Positions 1 through 8,175 of a stretch of 49,485 bases of DNA are shown here, piece by piece. Positions within the stretch are counted from its first letter, which is position 1. Each line of letters begins with the position of its first letter. Where the stretch lies: NCBI GenBank assembly GCA_046292385.1, contig JBKBRF010000051.1, forward strand, positions 1 to 49,485, written 5' to 3'. The notes under the pieces are model-generated. The model was given only the letters and a program-made list of their open reading frames with translations. It did no database searches and had not been told where the DNA came from. The DNA comes from Armatimonadota bacterium. Lineage in GTDB: Bacteria > Armatimonadota > SYMT01. The translations under genes were made by a program, and so were the position numbers.

Positions 1-81
1 CTCGTCCGTCAGGAGCAGCGGGCGCATGGGGCGGCCACGGGAAGACCGCTCGGTAGGATGGCCTACAGACAATCGTGTCAT
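1..81 (-). CDS. 5' fragment of a gene running off the window edge (MTRLSVGHPTERSSRGRPMRPLLLTDE...), possibly an IS630-like or HTH protein N-terminus
   Basis: Open frame from ATG at 81 (or ATG at 27) to the edge. A TATAAT box lies on the minus strand at 90-95 in an AT-rich patch. GRP..LLLTDE resembles IS630 N-termini, but the fragment is too short to call. Confidence 0.3.
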   Translation of the reverse strand, partial: MTRLSVGHPTERSSRGRPMRPLLLTDE

Positions 82-159
82 TTGAAACAATTATACACGC
101 TCTTTTACTTTATTCCCATAACCCCCGGCGATCTGCAACCTCTCGGCAGCGGTCTGCAG

Positions 160-3117
160 TCACCGCTTGGCAATCTCCGCCGCCTCAGTCCTACACCCTA
201 CACCCGATCCCCTAGACCCTAGACCCTCGCGAAGCGCCCGCGCGAGCGCCTGGACCGGGTGCAGGGCGGTGCGGCCGGCGCCGTCCTGGATCTGGTGGCG
301 GCAGCTCGTACCGGGGGCAACCAGGAGCGTCCCGGCGGCCGCGGCGCGGGCGGCGGGGAGCAGCGCCAGCTCTCCGACCTGCATGGAGACGTCGTAATGC
401 TCCTTCTCGTAGCCGAAGGAGCCGGCCATCCCGCAGCAGCCGATGTTGAGCTCCGTCACGCGGTAGCCGGGCACCATCCGGAGCGCCCGCACCGCGCGCG
501 TGGTGCCGAGAATCGCCTTCTGGTGGCAGTGGCCGTGGAACAGCACCTCCCGCTCCTCCCGCCGGAAGGGAAGCTCGGCCTCCTCCGCGTGGCGCTCGGC
601 GAGGAAATCCTCCACGGTCCAGCTCGCCGCCGCCACCGCGTCGGCCGCCTCGCCCAGGCGCAGCTCCCGGTACTCGTCCCGGTAGGTGACCAGGCAGCTC
701 GGCTCTAGTCCCAGGATCGGGATGCCGCGGCGGGCGGGTCCTTCCAGCAGCGTGACGTTCCGCTCGGCGTTCCGCCGCGCCTCGCGCAGCATGCCCTTGG
801 AGATCATCGGCCGGCCGCAGCAGGCCAGCTCCGGTACCTCCACCCGGTAGCCGAACGCCTCCAGGAGCCGGACAGCGTCTGCGCCGACCTCCGGTTCGTG
901 GTAGTTGGTGAAGGTATCCGCGATCAGGATCACCTCGCCCCGTGTGTCCGCGCGCGAGTCCGGGGCATGGCTGCGCCACCAGCTTCGGAAGGTGCAGCCG
1001 GTGAACGCCGGGAGCGTCCGCCGCGAGTCGATGCCGATCCGCTCGAGCATCCACTTCCCCAGCCTGGAGCCGGCCAGCAGGTTGGAGAACGGCACCATGC
1101 GCGCGCCGAGTTGACCCATTGCCGCCGCGTGCCCGAAGAGGAGCGAGCGCAGCGGACGGCCGCGCTGCTCGTGGTAGTGGTGCAGGAACTCGTACTTGAA
1201 CTTGGCGACGTCGACGTTCGACGGGCACTCGGTCTTGCACGCCTTGCATTCGAGGCAGAGGTCGAGCACCTCGTGCAGCCGCGGATCGGCCAGGCTCTCC
1301 GCCTCCGCGGCGCCGTTCAGCACCTGGCGGAGCATGTTCGCGCGGCCGCGGGTGGAGTGGCGCTCCTCCCGCGTCGCCCGGTAGGAGGGACACATGGTGC
1401 CGTCCAGCCTCTTGCGGCACGCCCCCACCCCGCTGCACAGCTCCGCGGAGCGCAGCAGGCCGCCGTCGGCGCTGAAGTCGAGCAGCGTCTCCACCGGGAT
1501 CACCTGCTCCGCCCGCTCGGCGCGCAGGTGCCGGTCCATCGGCGGGGCGTCGACGATCTTGCCCGGGTTCATGATTCCGGCTGGATCGAACGCCCGCTTC
1601 AACTCGCGGAAGGCGCCGTAGACCACCGGTCCGAACATCCGCTCCTGGAACTCGGAGCGCACCAGCCCGTCGCCGTGCTCCGCGCTCAGGGCACCGCCGT
1701 ATTTCAGGACCAGGTCGGCCACCCGGGAGGCGATCTCCCGCATCCGGACCCGGTCGGCCGGCTGCTTGAGGTTGAGGATCGGCCGCACGTGAATGCAGCC
1801 GACGCTGGCATGCGCGTAGTAGCAGGCGGAGAGGCCGTACCCGCCCAGGAGGTCGCGCATCTCGCCGATGTAGGCGGCCAGGCGCTCCGGCGCCACCGCC
1901 GTGTCTTCGATGAAGCCGACCGGCTTGGCGTCCCCCTTGACCCCCATCAGCACGCCCAGGCCCGCCTTCCGCACCTGCCACACGCACGCCTGCCCCGCCT
2001 GGTCCGGAATCCGGACGTGCGCGTAGCCGCGGCCCTGCCGGGTCAGCTCCTCCTCCAGCGCCTGCAGCCGCGCGGCGACCTCCTCCGGAGACTCGCCGTA
2101 GAGCTCCGTCACCAGCACCCCTTCCGGATCGCCGACCAGAAACGCCCGGGCCTGCGACAGCGCCCGGTTCCGGCGCGCGCCGTCCAGGATCACCCGGTCG
2201 ATCAGCTCCACCGCGGCGGGGCCGTGCGCGCAGATTGGGCCGGAGGCATCCAGCGCTTCCAGCAGGTCGGAGAAGTGCGAGACCAGCAGGCCGGTGTGGC
2301 GCGGCCGGGGCACCAGGCGCAGCCGCGCCTCCGTCACGGTGGCCAGCGTGCCCTCGGAGCCGACCAGCAGCGCCGCCAGGTTCAGGCGCCGACGGCGGAC
2401 CAGCTCGTCCAGGTTGTAGCCGCCGACCCGCCGCATGATCCGGGGGAAGCGGGCGTCGATCTCCTCCGCGTAAACTTCGCAGATCCGGCTCACTTCCCGG
2501 TAGATCTGGCCCTCCAGCCCGGGAAGCTGCTTCCGCCCCTCCCACTCCTCCGGCGAGAGCTCCGAGAAGACGGCGGTCGAGCCATCCGCGAGCACCACCC
2601 GCTGCTCCAGCACGTGATCGGAGGTCTTACCGTACAGGATCGAGTGCGCGCCGCAGGAGTTGTTCCCCATCATCCCGCCGATAGTGGCGCGGTTGCTGGT
2701 CGCCACGTCCGGCGCGAACATCAGGCCGTGCGGCTGGAGCCAGGCGTTCAGCTCGTCCAGCACCACCCCCGGCTGCACCCGTACCCAGCCCTCGTCCCGG
2801 TTCAGCTCCAGGATCTGATGCATGTGCCGCGTGAAGTCGAGCACCAGGCCGGTGCCGACCGTCTGCCCCGCCAGGCCGGTGCCGGCGCCCCGGGGCAGGA
2901 GCGGCACGCCATGCTCCACGGCGGCGCGCACCGCCGTCACCACGTCCGCCTCGTCGCGCGGGGTCACCACGCCCGCCGGCAGCATCTGGTAGAGGCTGGC
3001 GTCGGTGGAGTAAAGAAGGCGGGTCGTGTCGTCGAACCGCGCCCGGTCTCCCAGCGGGGCTGAGAGGGCGGTCCGCAGCGCGCTGGTTTGATTCGAATCC
3101 AGGGCAGCGAAGCTCAT
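160..3117 (-). CDS. FAD-binding, Fe-S-containing 2-hydroxyacid oxidoreductase (GlcD/GlcF fusion, YdiJ-like)
   Basis: PRGAGTGLAGQ and ATIGGMMGNNSCG (FAD_binding_4), HASVGCIHVRP and SAEHGDG, CSGVGAC and CLECKACKTECP Fe-S motifs, CCG domains. ATG at 3117 preferred over the ORF-track start. Confidence 0.92.
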   Translation of the reverse strand: MSFAALDSNQTSALRTALSAPLGDRARFDDTTRLLYSTDASLYQMLPAGVVTPRDEADVVTAVRAAVEHGVPLLPRGAGTGLAGQTVGTGLVLDFTRHMHQILELNRDEGWVRVQPGVVLDELNAWLQPHGLMFAPDVATSNRATIGGMMGNNSCGAHSILYGKTSDHVLEQRVVLADGSTAVFSELSPEEWEGRKQLPGLEGQIYREVSRICEVYAEEIDARFPRIMRRVGGYNLDELVRRRRLNLAALLVGSEGTLATVTEARLRLVPRPRHTGLLVSHFSDLLEALDASGPICAHGPAAVELIDRVILDGARRNRALSQARAFLVGDPEGVLVTELYGESPEEVAARLQALEEELTRQGRGYAHVRIPDQAGQACVWQVRKAGLGVLMGVKGDAKPVGFIEDTAVAPERLAAYIGEMRDLLGGYGLSACYYAHASVGCIHVRPILNLKQPADRVRMREIASRVADLVLKYGGALSAEHGDGLVRSEFQERMFGPVVYGAFRELKRAFDPAGIMNPGKIVDAPPMDRHLRAERAEQVIPVETLLDFSADGGLLRSAELCSGVGACRKRLDGTMCPSYRATREERHSTRGRANMLRQVLNGAAEAESLADPRLHEVLDLCLECKACKTECPSNVDVAKFKYEFLHHYHEQRGRPLRSLLFGHAAAMGQLGARMVPFSNLLAGSRLGKWMLERIGIDSRRTLPAFTGCTFRSWWRSHAPDSRADTRGEVILIADTFTNYHEPEVGADAVRLLEAFGYRVEVPELACCGRPMISKGMLREARRNAERNVTLLEGPARRGIPILGLEPSCLVTYRDEYRELRLGEAADAVAAASWTVEDFLAERHAEEAELPFRREEREVLFHGHCHQKAILGTTRAVRALRMVPGYRVTELNIGCCGMAGSFGYEKEHYDVSMQVGELALLPAARAAAAGTLLVAPGTSCRHQIQDGAGRTALHPVQALARALREGLGSRGSGVGCRTEAAEIAKR
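191..225. repeat. Five tandem heptamers (CTACACC x2, CGATCCC, CTAGACC x2) inside the 3' end of the oxidoreductase gene
   Basis: Read directly from the sequence. Confidence 0.75.
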
Positions 3118-3258
3118 CGGAACGGGTTCTCTACCACCGCCATCGTTTCCTGGGCAGGGAGGTTGCCTGCCCCGCAAGGGCTTTGCAACGAAAGTAGTAG
3201 CCGCGGCCCCCTAAAGGTCGGTGTGAAGTTTTCCATAATACCGGGTGAACGGCTTGGC

Positions 3259-3418
3259 GAGTCGATAATGGCAAACCAGTCGAAAGGCTGGGACGCAAAG
3301 CTGAGAGCCTAAGCCGAAGCACCACCGGCGGGAGAGGGAGAGAACACGCACGCAGTACCCGCGGCTCTCGAGTCGCACGCCCGGAGGTGTTCGGGATGGC
3401 AGTCTGGTTGCCGTACTC
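3259..3418 (+). ncRNA. Cyclic di-GMP-I (GEMM) riboswitch with extended P3
   Basis: GGCAAACCAGTC-GAAA-GGCTGGGACGCAAAGC (P2 with GAAA tetraloop), GCCTAA receptor side, 3' ATGGCAGTCTGGTTGCCG, and P1 GAGTCG/CGTACTC. Matches the Vibrio Vc2-type consensus and lies about 100 nt upstream of flgM. Confidence 0.88.
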
Positions 3419-3516
3419 TGCACTGAGCGGGACCGAGCATTCAAACCAGAGAAACATCTTGTTTCGCCCCTGGGTAGGTGCTGGGTAACTTGGGATAGGT
3501 ATAGGAGACCTCTCAG

Positions 3517-3816
3517 ATGCAGATATCGACCCACGAGGTATACCGGGTCAGGGAAGCGGCCTCACGCCGGAAGGATGAGCGAGCGCAGGCACCGATCAGC
3601 ACGGTCGCCGATCTCGCCGCCCAGCAGGGTGTGAGCATGGATGAGGTGCGGCGCTTCACGGAGCGGGCCATGATGTCCGAGGAAGACCCGCTTCGGGAGC
3701 GGCGGGTCCGGGAGCTGGCCCGGCGCATCGCCGAGGGCAACTACCGGATCGACTCCGAGGATCTGGTGGATATGGCGGAGCGCCGCGCGATCGCGGACCG
3801 CTCCGGTCAGCTCTAG
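3517..3816 (+). CDS. flgM: Flagellar anti-sigma-28 factor FlgM family protein
   Basis: 99 aa with C-terminal RERRVRELARRIAEGNYRIDSEDLVD, typical of FlgM. AGGAG SD upstream. Confidence 0.8.
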   Translation: MQISTHEVYRVREAASRRKDERAQAPISTVADLAAQQGVSMDEVRRFTERAMMSEEDPLRERRVRELARRIAEGNYRIDSEDLVDMAERRAIADRSGQL

Positions 3817-3840
3817 ATCTTCCGCGACTGGTGAAGAACC

Positions 3841-3870
3841 GGGGAGCGCGCTCGTCGCGCTCCCCTTTTT
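3841..3870 (+). terminator. Intrinsic terminator after flgM
   Basis: GGGGAGCGCG-ctcgt-CGCGCTCCCC followed by TTTTT. Confidence 0.8.
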
Positions 3871-3879
3871 CGCGTACCT

Positions 3880-4953
3880 CTACGGCAGCGATCCCCCGGG
3901 AGAGCCCGGAAGCTCCCCCATCTGGAGGCTTTCCGGCGCGGGCGCGGCGGGCTGCGGCAGCAGGCTGGGCGGGGTGAGGGGCCCGGACGGCCGTCGCGGA
4001 CCGGCAAGCTGGTGCCGCTTCGCCTCGAACTGGTCCGGCCGGTGGTAGATCAGCATCAGGTTGGTCAGGCCGCGGCTGGGACGGGCGATGTAGCGCCCGG
4101 CGAAGTACATCGCCGTGGAGGAGCCGCCGTCGAGCGCCACCGCGTGGTAGGCGCCGATCGCCCGCATCACCTTCGCCAGCTCGTAGAGCGTGATCCCCTG
4201 CCGCACCGCGACGAACTGCAGGTGGTTGTCGCGCGTGAGGCCGACCGCCGTCCGCGTGCGCCGCTGGGAGATCGGGAGCGACTTGAACCCTTCCTTCCGC
4301 GCCGCCACGCAGAGGCTGCCGGAATCGACCAGCCGCGGCCCCCCGCGAATCACCGTCTCGTACATGCTCCAGTCGACCGACTGGTCCTTGTAACGCGTGG
4401 TGATGAACGAGGCGACGTTCCCCTCCGTGATCGCGACCGCGGTCCCGATGAAGCCGCGGAAGACCGGCCGGCCGTTGATGACCAGGTCGCCGGTCGGAAT
4501 GTGGTTCTTCACGCCGAAGAAGGTGCCGGTGATCGCGGCGGCGGGCCGGGCGCGCGCGACCATCTGCCCGAAGCGCTCGGAGGTGCCGATCCCATGCCTC
4601 GACACCATGGCGGCGATCTTGACGTTCGGATCGGAGAGGTCGGCCTCGATGACGTGGACCCCGACGTTCAGCACGAACCCCTTGCGGTAGTAGACGCCGG
4701 TGCCCTGCTTCTCGATATGGAAGAGCCCCTGCACCAGGCTCGCGTTGAGCGGAGGGAGCTTGCGGGAGCTCTTGGGCGCCGGCTGCTTCCGCTTCTGCAG
4801 GCGCTTCTCGGTCTCTGTCGGCGGCGGTGCCGGGGAGGCGGCGATCTGCTCGGGCAGCTTCCCGGGAGAGTCGAGCACCGGATCCGCCGGCTCCTGGGCG
4901 CCGACCCCTGCCGCGGCCAGGGCGAGTCCGAGTACTCCGAGTCGATAGATCAT
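3880..4953 (-). CDS. Exported phosphodiester glycosidase (NAGPA/DUF2233) family protein
   Basis: Signal peptide MIYRLGVLGLALAAAGVGA, then AAITGTFF, GGPRLV, RTAVG and AVALDGGSST motifs. ATGA overlap with the arsA-like stop. Confidence 0.85.
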   Translation of the reverse strand: MIYRLGVLGLALAAAGVGAQEPADPVLDSPGKLPEQIAASPAPPPTETEKRLQKRKQPAPKSSRKLPPLNASLVQGLFHIEKQGTGVYYRKGFVLNVGVHVIEADLSDPNVKIAAMVSRHGIGTSERFGQMVARARPAAAITGTFFGVKNHIPTGDLVINGRPVFRGFIGTAVAITEGNVASFITTRYKDQSVDWSMYETVIRGGPRLVDSGSLCVAARKEGFKSLPISQRRTRTAVGLTRDNHLQFVAVRQGITLYELAKVMRAIGAYHAVALDGGSSTAMYFAGRYIARPSRGLTNLMLIYHRPDQFEAKRHQLAGPRRPSGPLTPPSLLPQPAAPAPESLQMGELPGSPGGSLP

Positions 4954-6143
4954 TCCAAGCTCTCCGGGGATGCCGGGCCGCGCGGTCCGTACTCCACCGC
5001 CAGCCACCCCGCATCCCACCGCGCCGACCGCATCTGCCGCCGCACCACCGCGCCCGGCAGCGGGATCGTGCGCCGCTGGGTTCCGATGTGCAGCACCAGC
5101 CCGTCTTCCGCCGCCAGCACCCGCAGCTCGCCCTTGCGCACGAACGGCAGGCGGATGCGCAGCGTGGCGCGGCTCTCCGTCTCGTCCCACTGGATCGGCG
5201 GCGCCTCGCACCAGAGCCCCGCCGCATCCCGCTCGCCGTAAAGCTCCGCGCCAAAGCGTTCGAGCGCTTCGATCCCAATCAGTTCCTCGGCGTGCAGCCC
5301 CCCGGTGAGCAGCGGGAGCCCTGCGAATTCCTCCCGGGCGCTCTGGAGGAGAGCAGCCTGCCGCTCATACCACGGGGCGAGAGGCGAGGGGTAGTCTGCC
5401 GGTGGTAGGAGCTTGTTTACCACCACCGCGTCGAGATTCATTCCTAAAAGACTCGTCCAGCTTACCGCCCGGCGAGTCTCCGCCAGGCTCACCCGGTCCG
5501 CGGTGGTTACCAGCCGCACTGAGGCGTGCGCCGTATCCATCAGCGTCCGGCTCGCCTGGCCCACCCGCGCGTACCAGTACTCCATCTCCGCCATCGCCTC
5601 GCCGGTCGGCACCGGCCAGCCGAGCGCGTCCGCCACCGGCCGCATCCGCTGCAGCATCCCGCGCTCCAGCGGGTGGTACTTCTCCATGAACCAGCGCAGG
5701 ACGTCCGGCAGCCGCAGGAACTTGAGCAGGTCCCCCGTCGGCGGCGCGTCGAGCACCACCACGTCGAACCGGCCCTCCTCCGCCACCGACTGCAGCCGCA
5801 TCAGGCCGAAGACCTCCTCCATCCCGGGCAGGACCGCGCACTCCTCCGCCACCAGTGCGGAGACCTCCGGGTTGTTCGCCGTCATCGTGCGGAAGAAATC
5901 GATCACCGCGCTCCAGTTGTCGGAGAGCTCCCGGTTGATGTTGACCTCCAGCCCGTGGAGGCTCGTGGAGATCGGCGTGGGGGTGTGGCCGAGCGGGAGG
6001 TCGAACAGGTCGCCGAGGTTGTGCGCGCTGTCGATACTCATCACCAGCGTGCGGTACCCGCGAGCGGCGCACCGGGCGGCGGTGGCGGCGGCGACCGTCG
6101 ACTTCCCAACCCCGCCCTTGCCTGCAGTCAGAATGATGCGCAT
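4950..6143 (-). CDS. ArsA/GET3-family ATPase with C-terminal HSP20-like domain
   Basis: GKGGVGKST Walker A, SIDSAHNL and DAPPTG switch motifs, single ATPase domain. The C-terminal beta-rich LRIRLPFV...GTQRRTIPLP segment resembles ArsA_HSP20. Confidence 0.88.
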   Translation of the reverse strand: MRIILTAGKGGVGKSTVAAATAARCAARGYRTLVMSIDSAHNLGDLFDLPLGHTPTPISTSLHGLEVNINRELSDNWSAVIDFFRTMTANNPEVSALVAEECAVLPGMEEVFGLMRLQSVAEEGRFDVVVLDAPPTGDLLKFLRLPDVLRWFMEKYHPLERGMLQRMRPVADALGWPVPTGEAMAEMEYWYARVGQASRTLMDTAHASVRLVTTADRVSLAETRRAVSWTSLLGMNLDAVVVNKLLPPADYPSPLAPWYERQAALLQSAREEFAGLPLLTGGLHAEELIGIEALERFGAELYGERDAAGLWCEAPPIQWDETESRATLRIRLPFVRKGELRVLAAEDGLVLHIGTQRRTIPLPGAVVRRQMRSARWDAGWLAVEYGPRGPASPESLE

Positions 6144-6149
6144 CTTTTA

Positions 6150-6368
6150 AAGGATGAGGGATGAGGGATGAAGGATGAATCCGAACCCCCGTGCACGGGA
6201 GCTCCTACTCCTGCTCCGCACGGCCGCGAGGGAATGGATTCCCTCGCTAGTCGGCCTGCGGCCAAGCGTCCTCCGGACGCCCGTACCGCGCCTGCTGAGT
6301 CCGCGGAGGGGGTCCCCCGTCCGGGGGATAAAACTTCGTGCCGTTGTTGCCGCGATTTCAACCGCCCG
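6150..6368 (+). repeat. Composite REP/REPIN-like element, copy 1 (heptamer array, palindrome A, CGTCCTCCGGACG hairpin, palindrome B)
   Basis: (ARGGATG)4-AATCCGA at 6150-6184, GCGAGGGAATGGATTCCCTCGCT at 6226, and ACTTCGTGCCGTTGTTGCCGCGATTTCAACCGCCC at the end. Aligns with the copies at 28581, 29675 and 31282. Confidence 0.85.
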
Positions 6369-6383
6369 ACAGGCTCTCCCTCT

Positions 6384-6935
6384 TCAGTCGAGGCCTTCCA
6401 CCTGCACTTCCAGGAGCTTCGGCAGGGTGCCGGGGTCGGCGGGAAGGAGGCGGTCGAAGGCGCCTTGAAGCAGCTCGAGCATGCTGAGCAGGTTGGAAAG
6501 GCGCTCCCGGTACTCGCTCAGGGCCGGGTCGTCGTCCGCGTCGGCCAGGAACTCCCGCAGCGAACGCAGCGTGGGATCGAACTCGCGGCGCTTGCGCTCG
6601 CGGACGATCATCCGCATCAGCTCCCAGACGTCCTTGGTCGTCTTGAAGTACTCGCGCCGGTCGCCCCGCACGTGGACCCGCTGGATGATGCCCCAGTCCT
6701 CCAGGTTCCGGAGGTTCATGCTGGCGTTGCCGCGGGAGATCTGGAGGCGCTCCATGATCTCCTCCGCGCTCAGCGGCTCCGGGCGGACGTAGAGCAGCGC
6801 GTGGATCTGCCCCATCGTGCGGTTGATCCCCCACTGGCTCGCCATCTCGCCCCAGTGGAGGATGAAGCGCTCTTCCAGCTCCCGCTGCTTCGCCTCGCCG
6901 GCGCTCTCCGCTTCCAGCTCGGTGCCGCCCGTCAT
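6384..6935 (-). CDS. GbsR/MarR-family transcriptional regulator
   Basis: FILHWGEMASQWGINRTMGQIHALLY...ISRGNASMNLRNLEDWG...GDRREYF. ATG at 6935 overlaps the upstream stop. Confidence 0.88.
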   Translation of the reverse strand: MTGGTELEAESAGEAKQRELEERFILHWGEMASQWGINRTMGQIHALLYVRPEPLSAEEIMERLQISRGNASMNLRNLEDWGIIQRVHVRGDRREYFKTTKDVWELMRMIVRERKRREFDPTLRSLREFLADADDDPALSEYRERLSNLLSMLELLQGAFDRLLPADPGTLPKLLEVQVEGLD

Positions 6936-7648
6936 GCCCGCGCGCCTCCGCCCGGGCGCCGGGGCGGCGTCAGCGGTCCGCGTCCCGGCGAGAGCAGCGC
7001 CGCCAGCGGCTGACCCGGAAGGAGCGAGTCGAGGAGCCGGTTCACTCCGATGCGGCCGGGACCTTCCGCGCGGGCCGGGTCGTTGACCCAGGCGTACCGC
7101 CCGTCGCCGCCGCAGAGCACCACCGCGTGCGGCTGGCCGAGCCCCCTCCACGCCGGGTAGAGGTGGCCGAGATCGACGAAGAGGATCGGCGGGATGCCGC
7201 GCAGCAGGGCGGTGCGCACGTAGGAGAGCCACTGGTCTTCCCAGCGATACAGGAGCCGCACGCCGGAGCCGGCGCAGCGGCGGTCGAGCTCCGCGGTGCC
7301 GTCGCGGAAGAACTGGAGGCGGTCCGGGAAGTCGACGCGCATCCCGCACGCTTTCAGCCCCTCCAGCCGCCGCCCGGGGGTGCCGTCCGCCTCGTCGGTC
7401 TCCAGCAGGAAAGCGAGCCAGTCCGGATCGGCCTCGCGGCCGTAGGCGCGGAGCACCATCGCGGCGCAGTAAGGGACGCTCTCCGCAAGGCGCGCTTGCG
7501 CGAGGTGCGGGACTTCCAACCGCACGCGAGGCAGCGCCGCGCCGGACGTGCCCGCCCGCAGGAACGCGTCCCGCTGCGGGCCTCCATCACGGTAGCGGAT
7601 CCACTCTTGCCGGAGTCCCGGGATGCGGTTGCGAGGATCTTCCATCAT
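6932..7648 (-). CDS. Peptidase C39-like protein (catalytic Cys position appears to be Ser)
   Basis: VPHLAQ...ESVPYCAAMVLRAYG, GT motif, GIPPI, HAVV and NDPA follow the C39-like pattern. Confidence 0.65.
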   Translation of the reverse strand: MMEDPRNRIPGLRQEWIRYRDGGPQRDAFLRAGTSGAALPRVRLEVPHLAQARLAESVPYCAAMVLRAYGREADPDWLAFLLETDEADGTPGRRLEGLKACGMRVDFPDRLQFFRDGTAELDRRCAGSGVRLLYRWEDQWLSYVRTALLRGIPPILFVDLGHLYPAWRGLGQPHAVVLCGGDGRYAWVNDPARAEGPGRIGVNRLLDSLLPGQPLAALLSPGRGPLTPPRRPGGGARA

Positions 7649-7970
7649 GCGAGTCGGCGCCCGGCAGCGTCTCGCACCGGGACGGAGCTATTATACCGGC
7701 CGCACCCGCCGGACGCCGTTCACCGCCCGAGCGTCAGGAAGCGAGGCCCACGACACGGCGCCTTCAGGAGCATGCCTCGGCGGGACGGCAGCCCGCAGAG
7801 GGGCAGACGAGCGCTGCCGCCAATAGGATCCACATCCACAGTTTCTCGCGGAGGCGGGCGCTGCGCTGCTTCACAGAGGCCCCCCCAGCGTAGCCGGACT
7901 GTAATCAACGTCCTGGCTCACACATCTGCGCCAGCCGCCCGGGAAGAGGACGGTGCTGGTCGTTACGGCA

Positions 7971-8078
7971 TTTGGAGTCGCTTTCGCTCTCCCTCCGTTC
8001 CCTGCAGCGAAGGCCTGAGAAACGCCAGCGTTGTCGGTTGGCTCCTCAAAGCGGAAGCGAGCTTCCGCGCTCCAAAGA
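7971..8078. repeat. Degenerate inverted pair TTTGGAGT..CGCTTT / AAAGCGGAAGCGAGCTTCCGCGCTCCAAA (REP-like)
   Basis: The right arm contains the palindrome GCGGAAGC-GA-GCTTCCGC. The left arm has matching ends but lacks the central palindrome. Confidence 0.5.
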
Positions 8079-8175
8079 CTGCCCCGGTGTAGTGTCCCAT
8101 GCCACGACAATCACCGGCGCGACGAGCTCAACGGGCGGGTCACCGGATCGATTTCTTACCTGACGTCCAGGTTGC

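Noticed and set aside
898..3063. Long antisense or alternate-frame ORFs (e.g. 898-3063+, 13595-17335-, 22291-25605-, 28680-31448+, 32308-35118+, 35696-38098+, 42739-44643+)
   Set aside because: They shadow well-supported genes and have no family motifs. Such ORFs are expected from stop-codon scarcity at high GC.
3212..3238. Possible sigma-28 promoter TAAA-N15-TTCCATAA upstream of the riboswitch and flgM
   Set aside because: The -10 box matches GCCGATAA at only 5 of 8 positions. Biologically plausible but too weak to list as a feature.
4950..6143. Arsenic resistance arsA
   Set aside because: Single ATPase domain with an HSP20-like tail and no arsB/arsD/arsR/arsC nearby.
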